The position numbers and the translations under genes are program-made. A stretch of DNA of 64,000 nt, from positions 1,798,001 to 1,862,000 of the forward strand of contig JADEYG010000007.1 in NCBI GenBank assembly GCA_016906335.1. Direction: 5' to 3'. The notes beneath the pieces are model-generated. The model did no database searches. It was not told where the DNA came from and saw nothing but the letters and a program-made list of their open reading frames with translations. Position 1 is the stretch's first letter. Each line of letters begins with the position of its first letter. Source of the stretch: Novakomyces olei (taxonomy: Eukaryota). This document shows positions 12,493 to 25,141 of this stretch, one piece after another.

Positions 12493-15322
12493 ATGCCGCC
12501 TTCAAGATCGTCTCAAAGTAACGGCGCAAAGCAGCGTGTATGCGTTCATTGTGGGCAAGCTTTCCGCCGAACTGAACATCTGAATCGTCATGTCCGCATA
12601 CGTAAAGTCTCTTTGTTATTTGTCCTTTGGTTTTTGGTTGTTGTGTTATATGGTTGCTAAGCCAGTAGATACGAAAGAGAAACCGTTTGTGTGTTTTTGT
12701 GAGGCGGCATTCAGTAGGCGGGACCTACTGAAAAGGCACACTAGAATTGTTCATGAAGGCGACTCGTTGCTTAGCAAATCTGGTGCATCTGTCGATCCAT
12801 CAAATGCTCAATCTGATGCTGCTACACGTCGATGGACTAGTAGTGAGACTTACCAGTCTGCTTCTGCCCAACCTGAAATACAGGACCCAGCAATGCTAGA
12901 AGCTGCCCAACTACTTTTGCCCGGGGAATATTCACGTAACAAATATTGTTCACTGTATTTTATTTTATTTAATATTTCAGTCTTTCCTCGACAAACATAG
13001 TATTTGATAAAGCATTTCTATAACACGCTAATCAATAGATCTCAACCATTTCCAAGAGTTTACAACATTTATAGACTCTATAGGTCTCCCAGCAGAATGG
13101 TTGCCCAGCGACGGAGATACTATAGCCGACGTTGGTGTTTTGGATGATAGAACGGTCGTGGATACAACTGAGCAGCCCGCAAGGCCAAGGCCTGAATCGC
13201 GAGCCGATTCTCCTTTTCGATCATGGCTTCCGTCTGTTCCAAGGGGCGATCAAAGCCTTGGGAGCATGTCTGAATCAGGTAAGCACAGAAAATAACCTGG
13301 AAATTAAATAAACTGTGTGTAAAAACCTGAAATTAAGTTTTAGAACCACCACAGGCAGCCAAGACATCGAAATTCAATGTCTCGGAAGACCAAAGGTTCC
13401 GTCTTGCAACTGCCCTTGAAGAATTTCACGATGTCATCCCAGGATTCGTCTTACCTTCTCGTCATACTCTTACACGGTATATTACGTCCTACTTCGAAGG
13501 ATTCCACCCGCACATTCCCTTCATACACGTTCCAACTTTTCGAGTAGAAAAATGCTCTCCTGAATTGATATTAGCGATCGCTACAATTGGTGCTCAATAC
13601 CGATTTGAGCATCGTAACTCTGAGCGATTATTTCATGTTTCAAGAGCGGTTTTATACGAACGCATGTCTCGAGAGTACCGCTCCAGAGCCGTGTACTCGG
13701 CTGATCTGCCTTCATATTCGGATAGCCAGTCAAATGCGGCCTTAAGAAAGGTGGCAATCAGTAACAATATCAGCAATAGTATCAGTGTTAATAACAATAA
13801 TGCTTCTGGTGTTGGTGATACCAATACTACCACAGCTCATAGCTCTACTGCATATTCGCAGATGGAGGTTATACGCTGCCTTCTTGTGCTAATGGGCTAT
13901 GCCACTTGGGAACGAGCTGTATTGGTACAAGAGGCTTTTCAGCTACAGGCACAGCTTATCCAGCAGCTGCGCAGCATCGGACTTGTTGAGCAGTACCCGG
14001 ACTCTTCTACCGCTCAGCCGCTTGACTGGTACGAATGGGTGGAGAAGGAATCAGAAAGACGAACCAAGTTGATTTCTTTTTGTTTTATTCATATTCACAG
14101 TGTTGCGTATAATGTATATCCTTCATTGCGAAGTAATGAACTTCATTTGCGGCTTCCCAGCTCTACAAGAGAATGGACGGCCAATAGTGCAGCGGAGTGG
14201 GAAGCCATTCAGCTTGATAGAGGACCACAGCAGCTCTTTTTCCAGGATGCGTTAGCTTTATTGCTACAAGGATCACCGCGGTCAGCGGTGCCTGTTGAGC
14301 CTATACCTGCACCGCTGGGGAATTATATACTTCTTCATGGTTTATTGCAGCGTATACATATTGTCAGCGAGCTAACATTGCCAACGGGAAGCAATTCCAT
14401 CAGTCTGCCAACTCAAGAATTCAACAAGATCGAGTAAGTTTATGCGACGATTTCTCACCTATTAAATTATCAAACTATTTGATAATTTTCACTTTGTTTT
14501 ATTTTTCTAATTACTAACCAATTAACAGGAGAGCGCTTCGTTCCTGGACAACTGTTTGGCAGCAAGCTCCAGAATCAAGCCTGGATCCGCATAATGCGAA
14601 TGGACCTATCCCGTTTACTTCGAGTGCTCTTCTCGGGCTGGCTTACGTGAGACTGTCATTAAATCTTGGCCCTTATCGTCGCCTTGAGACTCGAGAGCCT
14701 ACTGTCATTGCTGCTGCTTTAGCCAGATCTTCAAGGCCAGAAAGGAGCTATCGGCTCATTCCGGCTTTGATATACGCTGCTCATGCTCTAAGTATCCCAG
14801 TTCGTCTTGGGATTGATCATATTGCCAGAAGTCAGGCGTTTTTCTGGAGTGTACGACATTCTCTTGCAAGTTTTGAATGTGCAGTGTTACTCAGCAAATG
14901 GCTTTTCACTCTTGCCGAGGCCGGTCCTGACCAACCTATGCTAGGTAAGTGCGACGGTAGAGTCATTTAAAACAAAGCCAGAACCAAAGATAAAAACGAA
15001 CAGACAATGTTTTAAAAATGAAAACATTATTAAATAAGAAAGCAGTCAGCATACTTGTTTTCATTTCCCCCTAGTGTTGTGGAATGCTAACATTCTGGTA
15101 GAGTATGAAAGCCGTATACTTCGCTGGACACGCTGCATTGTCGAAGAAGCTTATTCGTCCATCGATTTGGAAGACGAATCTGAAGCTCCATCAAGCCTAG
15201 AGCCTGATGTACTGGGAATGGCGGTTCTTAGACTATGGACGCGTCTGTTTAAACGCAACACTCAATGGCCCTTTATAAATATTATTGGACAGAGTTTAGA
15301 GCAATACATGTCTATGCTCTGA
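12493..15322 (+). CDS. Two-finger C2H2 transcription factor with fungal-specific TF domain (Adr1/AmdX-like fingers), several introns
   Basis: CVHCGQAFRRTEHLNRHVR, EKPFVCFCEAAFSRRDLLKRHTRIVH, YFEGFHPHIPFIH, AIATIGAQY, ESERRTK, LRLPSS. Confidence 0.88.
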
Positions 15323-16879
15323 CGTTGGGATTGTATATGTAGTGCCTTTTCTTGTTCTAATGATAATATCTGTCGTCATCACTGGAATTCGGATTTCTGA
15401 GGTCGCAAGGCGAGCGACGCAGCTTTGTCTCGGTTGGAACATTTTTGCATGTTGCGATTGTAACTCTATTCTGTATTGTTTCTTATGCCCCTTCTCGATC
15501 AGAGCTTAAGTTTGCCGGCTCTTATTACGTTGCAGCGCACAGGTCTAGCTTTAAGGCGCGGCAGCCTTGTAGTTGACACGGCCTGTTACGGCGGGCCGCT
15601 TTGTGTTGCTTTAAAAACACATTCATTTCATTGATTAAGTGTAACCCATAGATATTTTTCTTTGCTTTTTCAATAAAGACGCTAAGTTAGCTTGAGCTAC
15701 ATATTATTTTTGTATATATGCTGCGACTGTTCTTTGCGTTTGAATTGCGACCCCAGCGAGCACAAACAACAGACAGACTGGAAAATCAAAATGCTGACTG
15801 CTCGCAGTCTGTAATAATTGACTCAATTTACAGATTATGTTGTTGGCTACCCAAATATAAATCTGTGTTCTAATGCTCTATTGAACAAGGGCCAGGCCGG
15901 AAGAGCGCTGCTATATGAAACAACCGATTTTTAGCTTAAATATACTACAATAAACCCTAGCCCTTTTGCTAAACCTGGTGGTCACGTGACCGTGCAATAT
16001 CTTTTCATTCAATCTCACTGGCACCCCAGATTTCAGGAGACAAAAGTCTAACTAAGCCTCTAGGCTGATAATTGCGCTATTTAGCGCTCGATTCCATATA
16101 ATGCTTATAGCTGGCACCTGGCTCTTTGATCCTTGCCCGAAAGAATCGTCTTTCACTTCATTATGCTATTGTTTTTCCATATTTATTTCTTAATATTATT
16201 GAAATCATTGGTAATCAAATCTAACTTCAATTTATTACTATATTCTGTATGTTTTGATATCTTAGGATATTTTTGGGCTTTATCAAGCTCCTGCTTGACT
16301 CAACTTGGCCTTTCCAGCTGCTGTAGACTTTAACGCGATTTTTTGGACGCGTTACACTATTATTGGCTTAGCTGACGATGTTAAGAGTCTAATTTAATTT
16401 TAATTTAGTTTGATAGCTTTATTCTTTGGTTTATTCTAATCAGTTAATTTATTGTGTTATATCATATGATGGGCGGGAAGCATGGAATCTTGCCAGTCCC
16501 TTTTTTCCGTAAAACACATGTCGAAAACGAAAATATATATTCAACACAGAATTGCTATCTATGGATTCTGGATATGATATTGACGGATGACCATAATCAT
16601 TTTTAATTATCCGAATGCGAATATATCAGTGAAAGAGTGATATTGAAGATATTTTATCATAAAATAATATGAACAATGAAAGTGAAGCGCTTCCAGTTCC
16701 AGAAACGTCAATGATGACAATAAAGGGGCCTTTTTCTCATTCAAAAGGTAAAAGAAAAGAAGCGAAAAGAAATTTTGTCGAAAAATTCATTCAACATGAA
16801 ATGTTTTTGAAAATTGATCATAAACGACTATTAGAAAATAAAATAATGACGAATGATGTTTTCTCAATGTGAGATTCAT

Positions 16880-18079
16880 TTAGCAGCCGCCAACAAGAGT
16901 AAAACCGACGGGAGGCGGGTTGTAGTCCTCAAAAAATTTGACATAGCAGTCCTCTGATTGGCAAGTAAGAATGATATTCTTCCGACCGCCAGCGTTGCAG
17001 CTAAACGACGAAGTTTGCGGCCAGCTCGACTCGGTGATGTCAAGACTTCCGTAGCTGCTACCCATTGAAGGTAAGCTTGAGTAGGAGGTAGAGGTGCTGA
17101 TATCCGAGTTTAGATCCTGTACTGAAATGTGGGCGTCTGTCAAAGTATAGTCCGAAGTCTGCAACTGAGACTTGTCCGGGAAATTAGCCTTCAGCACACA
17201 TTGGCCCTGAACATAGCTTGGCACATCAAACTGCAGGACAACACTTTGGCCGCTATTGCCGATGATCTCAGCAATATACTGGGTACCATACTGCTTATCT
17301 GGCTGGCTGCTCGATACTGGAACAATAAGGTTCGGGTACACGGTTTGCTTGCCGTTAGTATCGCAAGTAGAAGCCGGAGGAGCCGGTTGCTGGCTTGTCG
17401 GCGAAGGAGGAGCAGAAGACGGAGGAGCCGAAGACGGAGGAGCCGAAGACGGAGGAGCCGACGAAGGAGCTGCCGAAGAGACCGGAGGCGGCGAGGGATG
17501 AGGGGTAGCCGGAGGGGACTGAGGAGCCTCGCTTGGAGGGCAGCTGGTCACGGTAGTGTAAGCAACTTCACCATGAGTATAGACAACGGTTTGATATTGA
17601 GGTGGAGCCGACGATGGAGCCGGTGATGGAGACGGTGATGGAGACGGTGATGGAGCCGGAGAACTGCCGCCACTGCATCCAGAGATCTTGATCATAAAAG
17701 AAGAGCAAGACGAGTCAATCTTTTGGGTGTAAATGTTATTGTTACCCTGGCCGGTGGGGCAGTACCAGAAATGACTATCTCCGCTGGCTGTAAAGTATCC
17801 ATTCTCGTCGATGCCAAACATATTATCCCACACAGAATTGTACTCGGGGTTGGAGCACTGGAACTGATGATGATCCGTAATGTAACAGGCGCGTCCGTGA
17901 GAGTCTGTGACCTTGCCGTTCTCAATTGTGGCAACTAGATCGTTCGCCAGATTCTGGCCGCTGCGTACTTGGCCATCTTCAATCTGACCAAGGCCGTCAA
18001 AATGGCAATTGGCATCGCGTTTGACGGGATGCGCTAACGCGAGGGATGACAATAGGGCAATAGCGATAGCGGATTTCAT
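16880..18079 (-). CDS. Secreted Pro/Ser-rich cell-surface protein with a PIR-like motif and a But2 C-terminal-like domain
   Basis: Signal peptide MKSAIAIALLSSLALAHPVKR, GQIEDGQVR, SSAPP repeats, YPNLIVPVSSSQPD, FFEDYNPPPVG. Confidence 0.75.
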   Translation of the reverse strand: MKSAIAIALLSSLALAHPVKRDANCHFDGLGQIEDGQVRSGQNLANDLVATIENGKVTDSHGRACYITDHHQFQCSNPEYNSVWDNMFGIDENGYFTASGDSHFWYCPTGQGNNNIYTQKIDSSCSSFMIKISGCSGGSSPAPSPSPSPSPSPAPSSAPPQYQTVVYTHGEVAYTTVTSCPPSEAPQSPPATPHPSPPPVSSAAPSSAPPSSAPPSSAPPSSAPPSPTSQQPAPPASTCDTNGKQTVYPNLIVPVSSSQPDKQYGTQYIAEIIGNSGQSVVLQFDVPSYVQGQCVLKANFPDKSQLQTSDYTLTDAHISVQDLNSDISTSTSYSSLPSMGSSYGSLDITESSWPQTSSFSCNAGGRKNIILTCQSEDCYVKFFEDYNPPPVGFTLVGGC

Positions 18080-19989
18080 GTTGATTTGTTGATGTTGACA
18101 AGGGGTCGCGATCAACTTCAAATGATAGTACAGAGGGGTTAGCGACGCCAGTCTACCTTTTTATAGACTGACCGTTGAGTAGAGAAGGATAAAAATAGAA
18201 CCACGCATCAACCGGCGCCCCCGCATATTATGGGATAGCATCACTTCAAAATTTCAATTCCTCACTTGTTTTCTTCCCTTTTTCTTTACTTTATTCTTTC
18301 TCCTCAAATCATATAGACTGATCCATGAGCCGTTGCATCGTAAACAAACAATGCGTAACGTGCATAAAAGGATTCGCTCCTGACGTATGTCTCAATCTCG
18401 TGAATTGAAATAGAAACAGGCACTTTGTGCAAATATTAATTAATATTCACTAATAAAAACCCGATTAAAATTATTAGCAAAATACTAATAATATTATAAG
18501 CCAAACATATGGTAATTTAATCCAAGATCTCCGGCCGAGATCCGATATTATCGGCAGTTATTCCAAAATGTTCTTGGCTCACGCAATGGCATGCAACGGC
18601 CAAAAGTGAGGAATGCGTGTGACCCTACAATTTTCGTAAAGTATCGTGCATTTCTCTATAAACTTGGCTCGCCCATGCGCAGATCCCACGAATTTGGTGA
18701 TGCTGGCATAACACTGGGCCAACAGATTACCTAGAGCTCTGGTCCATTACCTGTTTTCACGATCGTGTAAGGAGAAAGGCTCGTAAACCTTACCCCGCAA
18801 CGTTGCCTCACTTAATGAGCTTTGCCGGAAATTGGTGCTTAATCGGGTTTGGGCGGTTAACCGTCAACTTTTGTGCCGCATTTTGTTGCTATTTTCATCG
18901 CTCGGTGAGTGCGCTACTTAGCTTCTGCTAATAATAAAATTTCATATTTCCAACCTGATTAGGTGTCAAACCTACTATACTTTTTCTAATTAAAATCAAG
19001 CCTAATCTAAATTGAATCAAAGTACAATGATAAAGTAATTTTATAGCCCACAAACATTGTTGCAAATTCTGCAATTACCTCATATACATCCTCTTGTTTT
19101 AAAAATACCAGTTGAACCCTACATACCGATCGGCGGTCTGGAAATGTACGAGCCACATTACTGGAAAGCATATTTTATTTTCCGGCTTAGCAATCTATCG
19201 GACTATTTCATATAAATTAATCGACGTAAATCGATTTAGGCAACTAATATTGCACGCTTAATGGATTGCGTAACTTTATATTAACGAACTGTCCAGAAGC
19301 ATTTAACATACTTTACGAATTTTATGTCGCATATGTTTTTGGTATTACTAATCCTTGATGAAAATTGCTCTGTCAACTATTATTCAGAGGGAGGGCCCTG
19401 AAAATTACTTCGCCACAGCGAAATAGTTACTGAACTTACAAGTCTTTGCCTATACCTTTCTATAATTTTGTATTCTCAAATGACCGCCAAACTATTTACT
19501 CCTGTGTATCATCTCCTATATAATGTTATATTTGAATATTTATCTCGATATGTCTAATTAGTGGAAAATGTCTTGCGCAGTAATTACATGTCGCGAAGCT
19601 ACCGTGCCTCAAACTCCAGCCTCTAAGCCTCAGCTTTGATTATTACTGGTCCAAAAGCCATAAGCGGATGATGATCTTGACAATTTCATTCTTTTCATAT
19701 ACAAGGAGTCCGTTTGACGCTTTATATTCTCTAATATTGACAGATTAAATTTAGCAGTAATTAGTAGATTGGCCATCAAGAACTCAACCTATTAAAACAA
19801 AACTGTGCAAAAATCCTAATTTACATTGTACCGAATTTCTTTTAACCCAAGGCATTGAGGTATTCTAATGAAAAGAATTGTAAACTTGTTAGAAAAAATA
19901 AAAACTCACGCTGTAACTTTCAAATCTAAAAGACAACAACAATCCGAAAATACGAAAAAATCCATACAACAAATCTTTATATCGGAATT

Positions 19990-21439
19990 CTATATGCCGA
20001 ATGACAAAATAGTCGCGATGACAATAAAAAATGCAAAATAAACAATGCTGTTGTGAGGTAAAATCGCGGCCGCACCATCTTCGTCTGCGTGTGCCGAGCT
20101 ATACGCTGCCAAGTAGATTGCTTGGTCCACCAAAGAGGGCTCTGTGGTATAGATGTTCTCTCCGTTCCCCATTTCGCGGAATTTATACTCGACACCATTT
20201 GCCACAGCTTCCAATCGAAACAAATCACCATTTGCATAATTGTAGTAATCAGCCAAGATAAACGTTGGGTTCCGTGGATGTTGTTCTTGGCAATTGATTA
20301 AGCCCTGTCCGGCCGATCCATATCCACTCAAAGCATTTGTAATGTTTATTTCTCGAATATCGGGTATGCTGACATCAGTGCCATTGATTGTAGCATCCAA
20401 GAAATGATTAGTCAAGTACATTATGCTGTTGTAAAAGCTCGGCGATCTACCAGGTGGCCGATTGTATTCGCAAGTAAAATTTTGTGTCGTTGAGTCAAAG
20501 GGTGTCTCCCAAATGTTTGAAAATTCATCTAAAATAAAAGGTGTATCTCTTATATTGGCACCAGTATCAAGAAACGTAATCGATTGGGTCCCATTTTGTA
20601 AAAATTCGCCAAGCACTGGCCATTCATCAAATTCATAAGACCGCTCTTGAGGAACCCATGACTTTCTGTTCATACCACTGTTATTATATGCGATTTCAAT
20701 TTGGCCTAGCGTTACCCCCGAATTAACCCATAACACCGTTACAACTGGATATTTAAGCGTCTGAACTAATAAAAAATAAAAAATAAAAAATAAAACATAA
20801 AAAAATATAAATACTGAAACAATGAAAAAATAATGAAATAATAAAAAAAGACAGTCGATGCATACACTCATTTGGATTTCGATCTAAAAACTCTCGTAGA
20901 GCTCTCAAATAATCTACAAGCAATCCTCCGTCAAGTAGGCTACATGAAGTGTGACAGAGATGTATGTCCGCACCTACAGGGTGCAGTTGTCCCTGGACCA
21001 GCCTGACGCCGTTATTAAGCTGTGTAGTCAAATTGTACACTTGATTTGCCGATGGGTCATTTACTCCCACAGCGTAAGAGTTATGAGCGCCGATGTATGT
21101 GATATTAGAGTAGTTTCGTGTACAATATTCCGCATAGCCGTTGCAAATCGTCGGAAAAGGTCTACGACTTGTTGAAGTTCGCGAAGCTGTAGAGTTTGAA
21201 TGGCCAGTTGAGACCGAAGGCACGGGTGTCGTAGCTGCTGCGGACGAGGTCACAGAGTTTGACGCTGAGCTTGTAAAACTGCTCGTGCCTGTAGAAGCAG
21301 TTTGCTGCACGGATCCGGAAACATCCGTCGACTGTAATGACGTACTCGGGCTCGCGTCTGAGACGGAAGACTGGCCGTATACCAATCCGACGAGTGCAGC
21401 GCAATTGCACAAGAGAGCCAAAGCTCTTTTGCGCACCAT
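19990..21439 (-). CDS. Secreted, probably GPI-anchored PLC-like phosphodiesterase (PI-PLC X-domain-like); intron about 20867-20762
   Basis: CNGYAEYC, IGAHNSY, QLNNGVRLVQ, HLCHTSC, WETPF, MYLTNHFL, PTFILADYY, hydrophobic C-terminus. Confidence 0.85.
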
Positions 21440-22041
21440 TTGGCCCTAGCGGATAATACGATTGGTCTCTCAAAAAAGTATGCGCAAAGATAATTTAAAC
21501 TGTGATATAATCACTATGACATGTTATCTATTACCCAATATTCGGGGATTCTACCGTTACGCGATTACTAGACTAGGTCGAATTCGGCTAAACGCGGCTA
21601 GATTTAACTGCTAAACTGCGGATTCGTCAAAATTTTCCAGGGCTGTTGCGAACTATTGCCCGGATACTATTTTGAATTCACAAGCCAATGCTCTGCTTAT
21701 CGCTGGAATCAATCATTGACGTCGGTTACTTGATTTTGGTTCAAATCGATGTATTCCAATAAGAACGCCAAGGCTCTAAAAATGGCGTGGAACAATGATC
21801 GGCTTATATGGTTAAAAGCAGCAAGTATAATAGCAGAGTATATACTAGCAGAGTAGTATGAATAAACGGTATGAAGAGCATTAAATGTGTAGCACGAGTT
21901 TTAGATTCGACACGCATGATATATATGACAGAATATATATCGAGTTGGGGGAAACGAGTGCGACATAATCGTGTGCCTCCCTAGTTTAGAGGTACTCTCA
22001 TTGGAGTATGCGAGTTTGTCAACGTTCGTTGAATATTGAAC

Positions 22042-23484
22042 ATGGACCTCCCACCTTATACGGAAAAGGCCCCACCACACTGGTTGCCGCTAGTCGTTCA
22101 GTACCTTGATCGGCGTGCACTAGTTGCGGCATGTCAAGTAGACAGGTCATGGTACGAGTGCGCGGTATCTGTTCTTTATCGCTGCCCTTCTCGCTATATT
22201 GTCACTGAGAGCGGTGATGAAGCAGCAATTGGTAAATAATTAAATTAAAATAGTCTAAAAATGTTTAGGCGATACTCGACTTGACCTAATTTCTCAGACC
22301 GTTTTACGCGTTTTTTATCAGGGCTACCGCGGACTCGTTTACAAACTTGTGCATTGGTAAACGCTCTCGAAGTGCAGAATATAAGCGCTAGCAATTCTAT
22401 CAATGACGGATGGCTCGCTCTTGTCCTCGAGCGCCTTTCATCACTGGAGTATCTAAATCTAAGTAACAACACTCTAGTAACTGGGCGTGCCATTGAACGA
22501 GCAGCGGCAAACAGTGCGCGCTACGTAAATATACGTATGCTCCGAATAAGCGGACTCGGTGGACTCTCACGTGCACATGTTTACGCTCTCATCAAAGCGT
22601 TTCCGGCGCTCGAGTCTCTCGACGCTACTGGCGCATCAGATATGAGCAATGAACTGCTCTTTCATATTGCTAAAAGATGCAAACCGCCGGCTACTGTGTT
22701 ATTACGTGGGTGTCGCGGTATAAACGATATTGGAGTCTGCAACATGTTGAGGTCATTTACGGCAGATAATGATTTGCAATTCGATTTCAGTCATACACAA
22801 GTCACAAATGCTACGGCAGCGGTGGTTTGTGATCTCTCTCCTGCTGTGCGTAAACGTATTAAACGACTCGGTTTGGCAGGAACAAAAATAGCGGCTGAAT
22901 CATGGCTTTTAGACTCAATGCTGGCATTGACGTCTCTTGATATGGGGGACGGTACAATGGTGACGTCATCCGGACTTGTAGCATTAAGAACAAGGCTCCG
23001 TAATGGCCTTGTCTTTTTGCGACTAGACGCAGCAGTACTATTGACGGGCTTACTCTGTGACGGTCTGCCTCCCCAAGCGCCAGCGCTAAATTTGCTTGTT
23101 ATAAGCACAGTGCCAACAAGGTTGCGGGCTGCTAATGCCTACTTGCTGGCATCCGTGTTGTTTGAAGTACATAGCGAATGGTCGCGACTGTCCACTATCA
23201 TCCTGCAGATGTCTGATATTATCTGTGCTGGTGGTCATGGAGACGATGAGGATCTGGCCCAAGCGCTGTCTACATTTAATGATGATTTAGAAAGCGAACC
23301 TAAAGAATCGAAAAATGAATTAATAGTTGATACGGTGGCGTATTTAAGGAAGGCTAAAAAGAGTCTTCAGCAGGCGGGTGTGCCTTTAGCTCATCGGCAG
23401 ATTCGTGTGCTGTATTCGCTTGGTGATACTAGGGCCGTTGTGCATGATGAGCATGATTGGCTCAATGAATGGAACTATTTGTAA
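22042..23484 (+). CDS. F-box / leucine-rich-repeat (RNI-like) protein, one intron near 22232-22268
   Basis: N-terminal LPLVVQYLDRRALVAACQVDRSWY, followed by LEYLNLS, LESLDA, LRGCRGIND, LTSLDM repeats. Confidence 0.72.
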
Positions 23485-25141
23485 CAAGCAAATTAAGTTT
23501 CAGACGAACAGCTGTCGAGTTGAGATAGCGCGCGTCGATTGAGTGTGAATTGTTTGATTTTCAATGAAATCTATGTATATACAAATTCGGTTAAGTTTAG
23601 CTTGAGTTATTTTTAATTTGGGTAATTAGGACGCACAAATGGTTGATTTGTATTCAAAAAAAATTCCTTAGTGATGTTACTGGTTTGGTGGTCGTTTCGC
23701 GATATGAGTTACAATTTACTCTTTGAACAGCAAGGACTGCGCTAGCAAAAGCATTTTAATTGGCGCGAAGTACATATTCTGACCTTTGTATAAAGCTTGT
23801 TCAAGGTTTCTAAAAATGTTCTAATAGAAAAATTCGCATTTAATATCAGTGGCAGTTCTACAAGGTTCAACGTGGCGGAATTCTCCTACAAGTCTTTGCA
23901 GATGTGATTGCGGGATAGCATCGTTTGACTGCTCTGCGTATTCTTCACTTACAAAACATCTTCTGATTAAACAATAGTTGTTGACTGAATAATGCGGATG
24001 CTCATTTCTCGCGACTTTACGCGTTTACGTGACTGGTTGTATTGCGATTTAGGGTTAATTTTGCCTTTGCGCCTTCACTATACCTAGTTTATGTAACTAA
24101 TTTGTAAACAGCATTTTTACTCGTGCTGTCCACTTAGAAGAAACGCGCGACATTTGATGCCAATGGAGGAGCGAGCCTTGACAAACGATTACGAACCAAA
24201 CATTCCGTTACATTAAGTATCTAGCGTAAGGGCACCCAATGGAGCGATAGAAACGTTTATTAGTAAGCAAAATTTAAGTTGAGTGACCAAACGCCAAGCA
24301 AAGGTGAAGAACTAATTGCGCTGAACATGGGCGCCTCAATAAGGCAAGGCGGGTCACCCGTATTGGGCAGCCCTATAATCTATGAAACAACGCTAGATTA
24401 TTCGAATCATGTGACAATGATGAAAATCAGAAACGCGGTCTACCAGAATTTGAATAACGCTCGAGCGTTGCGCGAATTTTTTATGCGTGATGTAATACTC
24501 TCTATTGCTTACTATCCTTGCATCATGGTTCGCACGACGTAATATCATCATCAAATAGACGTGCCAGCCGCTAAATGAAGCTAGCAGGCCGAAAATACCA
24601 GATATATTTGTGCAAATAGATCAGCGAAATCCCTTCCCTTGATTGAATCAGCGAACGCTTCAGTGCTGTTTTGAGTGTTAAACCCTAACCCTAGCATTTA
24701 GAAATGTTTGGACTTTTAACTTAGAAACGGGGAAAGAAGGTAGGTACATATAATGAAGAGGAGTTTTGCACGCAAAATAATAGCCGATGAATAGATTGTA
24801 TTACTAAATCGATCACGGAAAACAAAGCATGCAAATCCCTGACCTCTATCATCTAATTGCGGCTGGTATAGTGGGAAGGTATCTGAAACGATGTGACGCG
24901 TTGTATCGAGATATTGTTTTTTTATGATCCTTCTTTACCAAAATTGGCACAGTCTACAACGCATCACGGCACGCATCACGGGTCACGATACGATTGCGAA
25001 ATCAGAAAGAACCAAGGCCGTTAGGCAAAATCTTTCCATTTTTGTAGGCTAAAAAGGGTCTACATTTAAACGTGGAGCAGGATACTGAATGAAGAAAGGT
25101 TCTATTATAACAAAGTTTTCAAATGGGCGGCTATTTACAGC

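Noticed and set aside
17129-17626. Arg-rich 165 aa ORF
   Set aside because: Antisense shadow of the SSAPP repeats in the But2-type gene
24872-24878. GTGGGAA CSL site near the CSL gene
   Set aside because: A single 7-mer downstream of the gene, expected by chance
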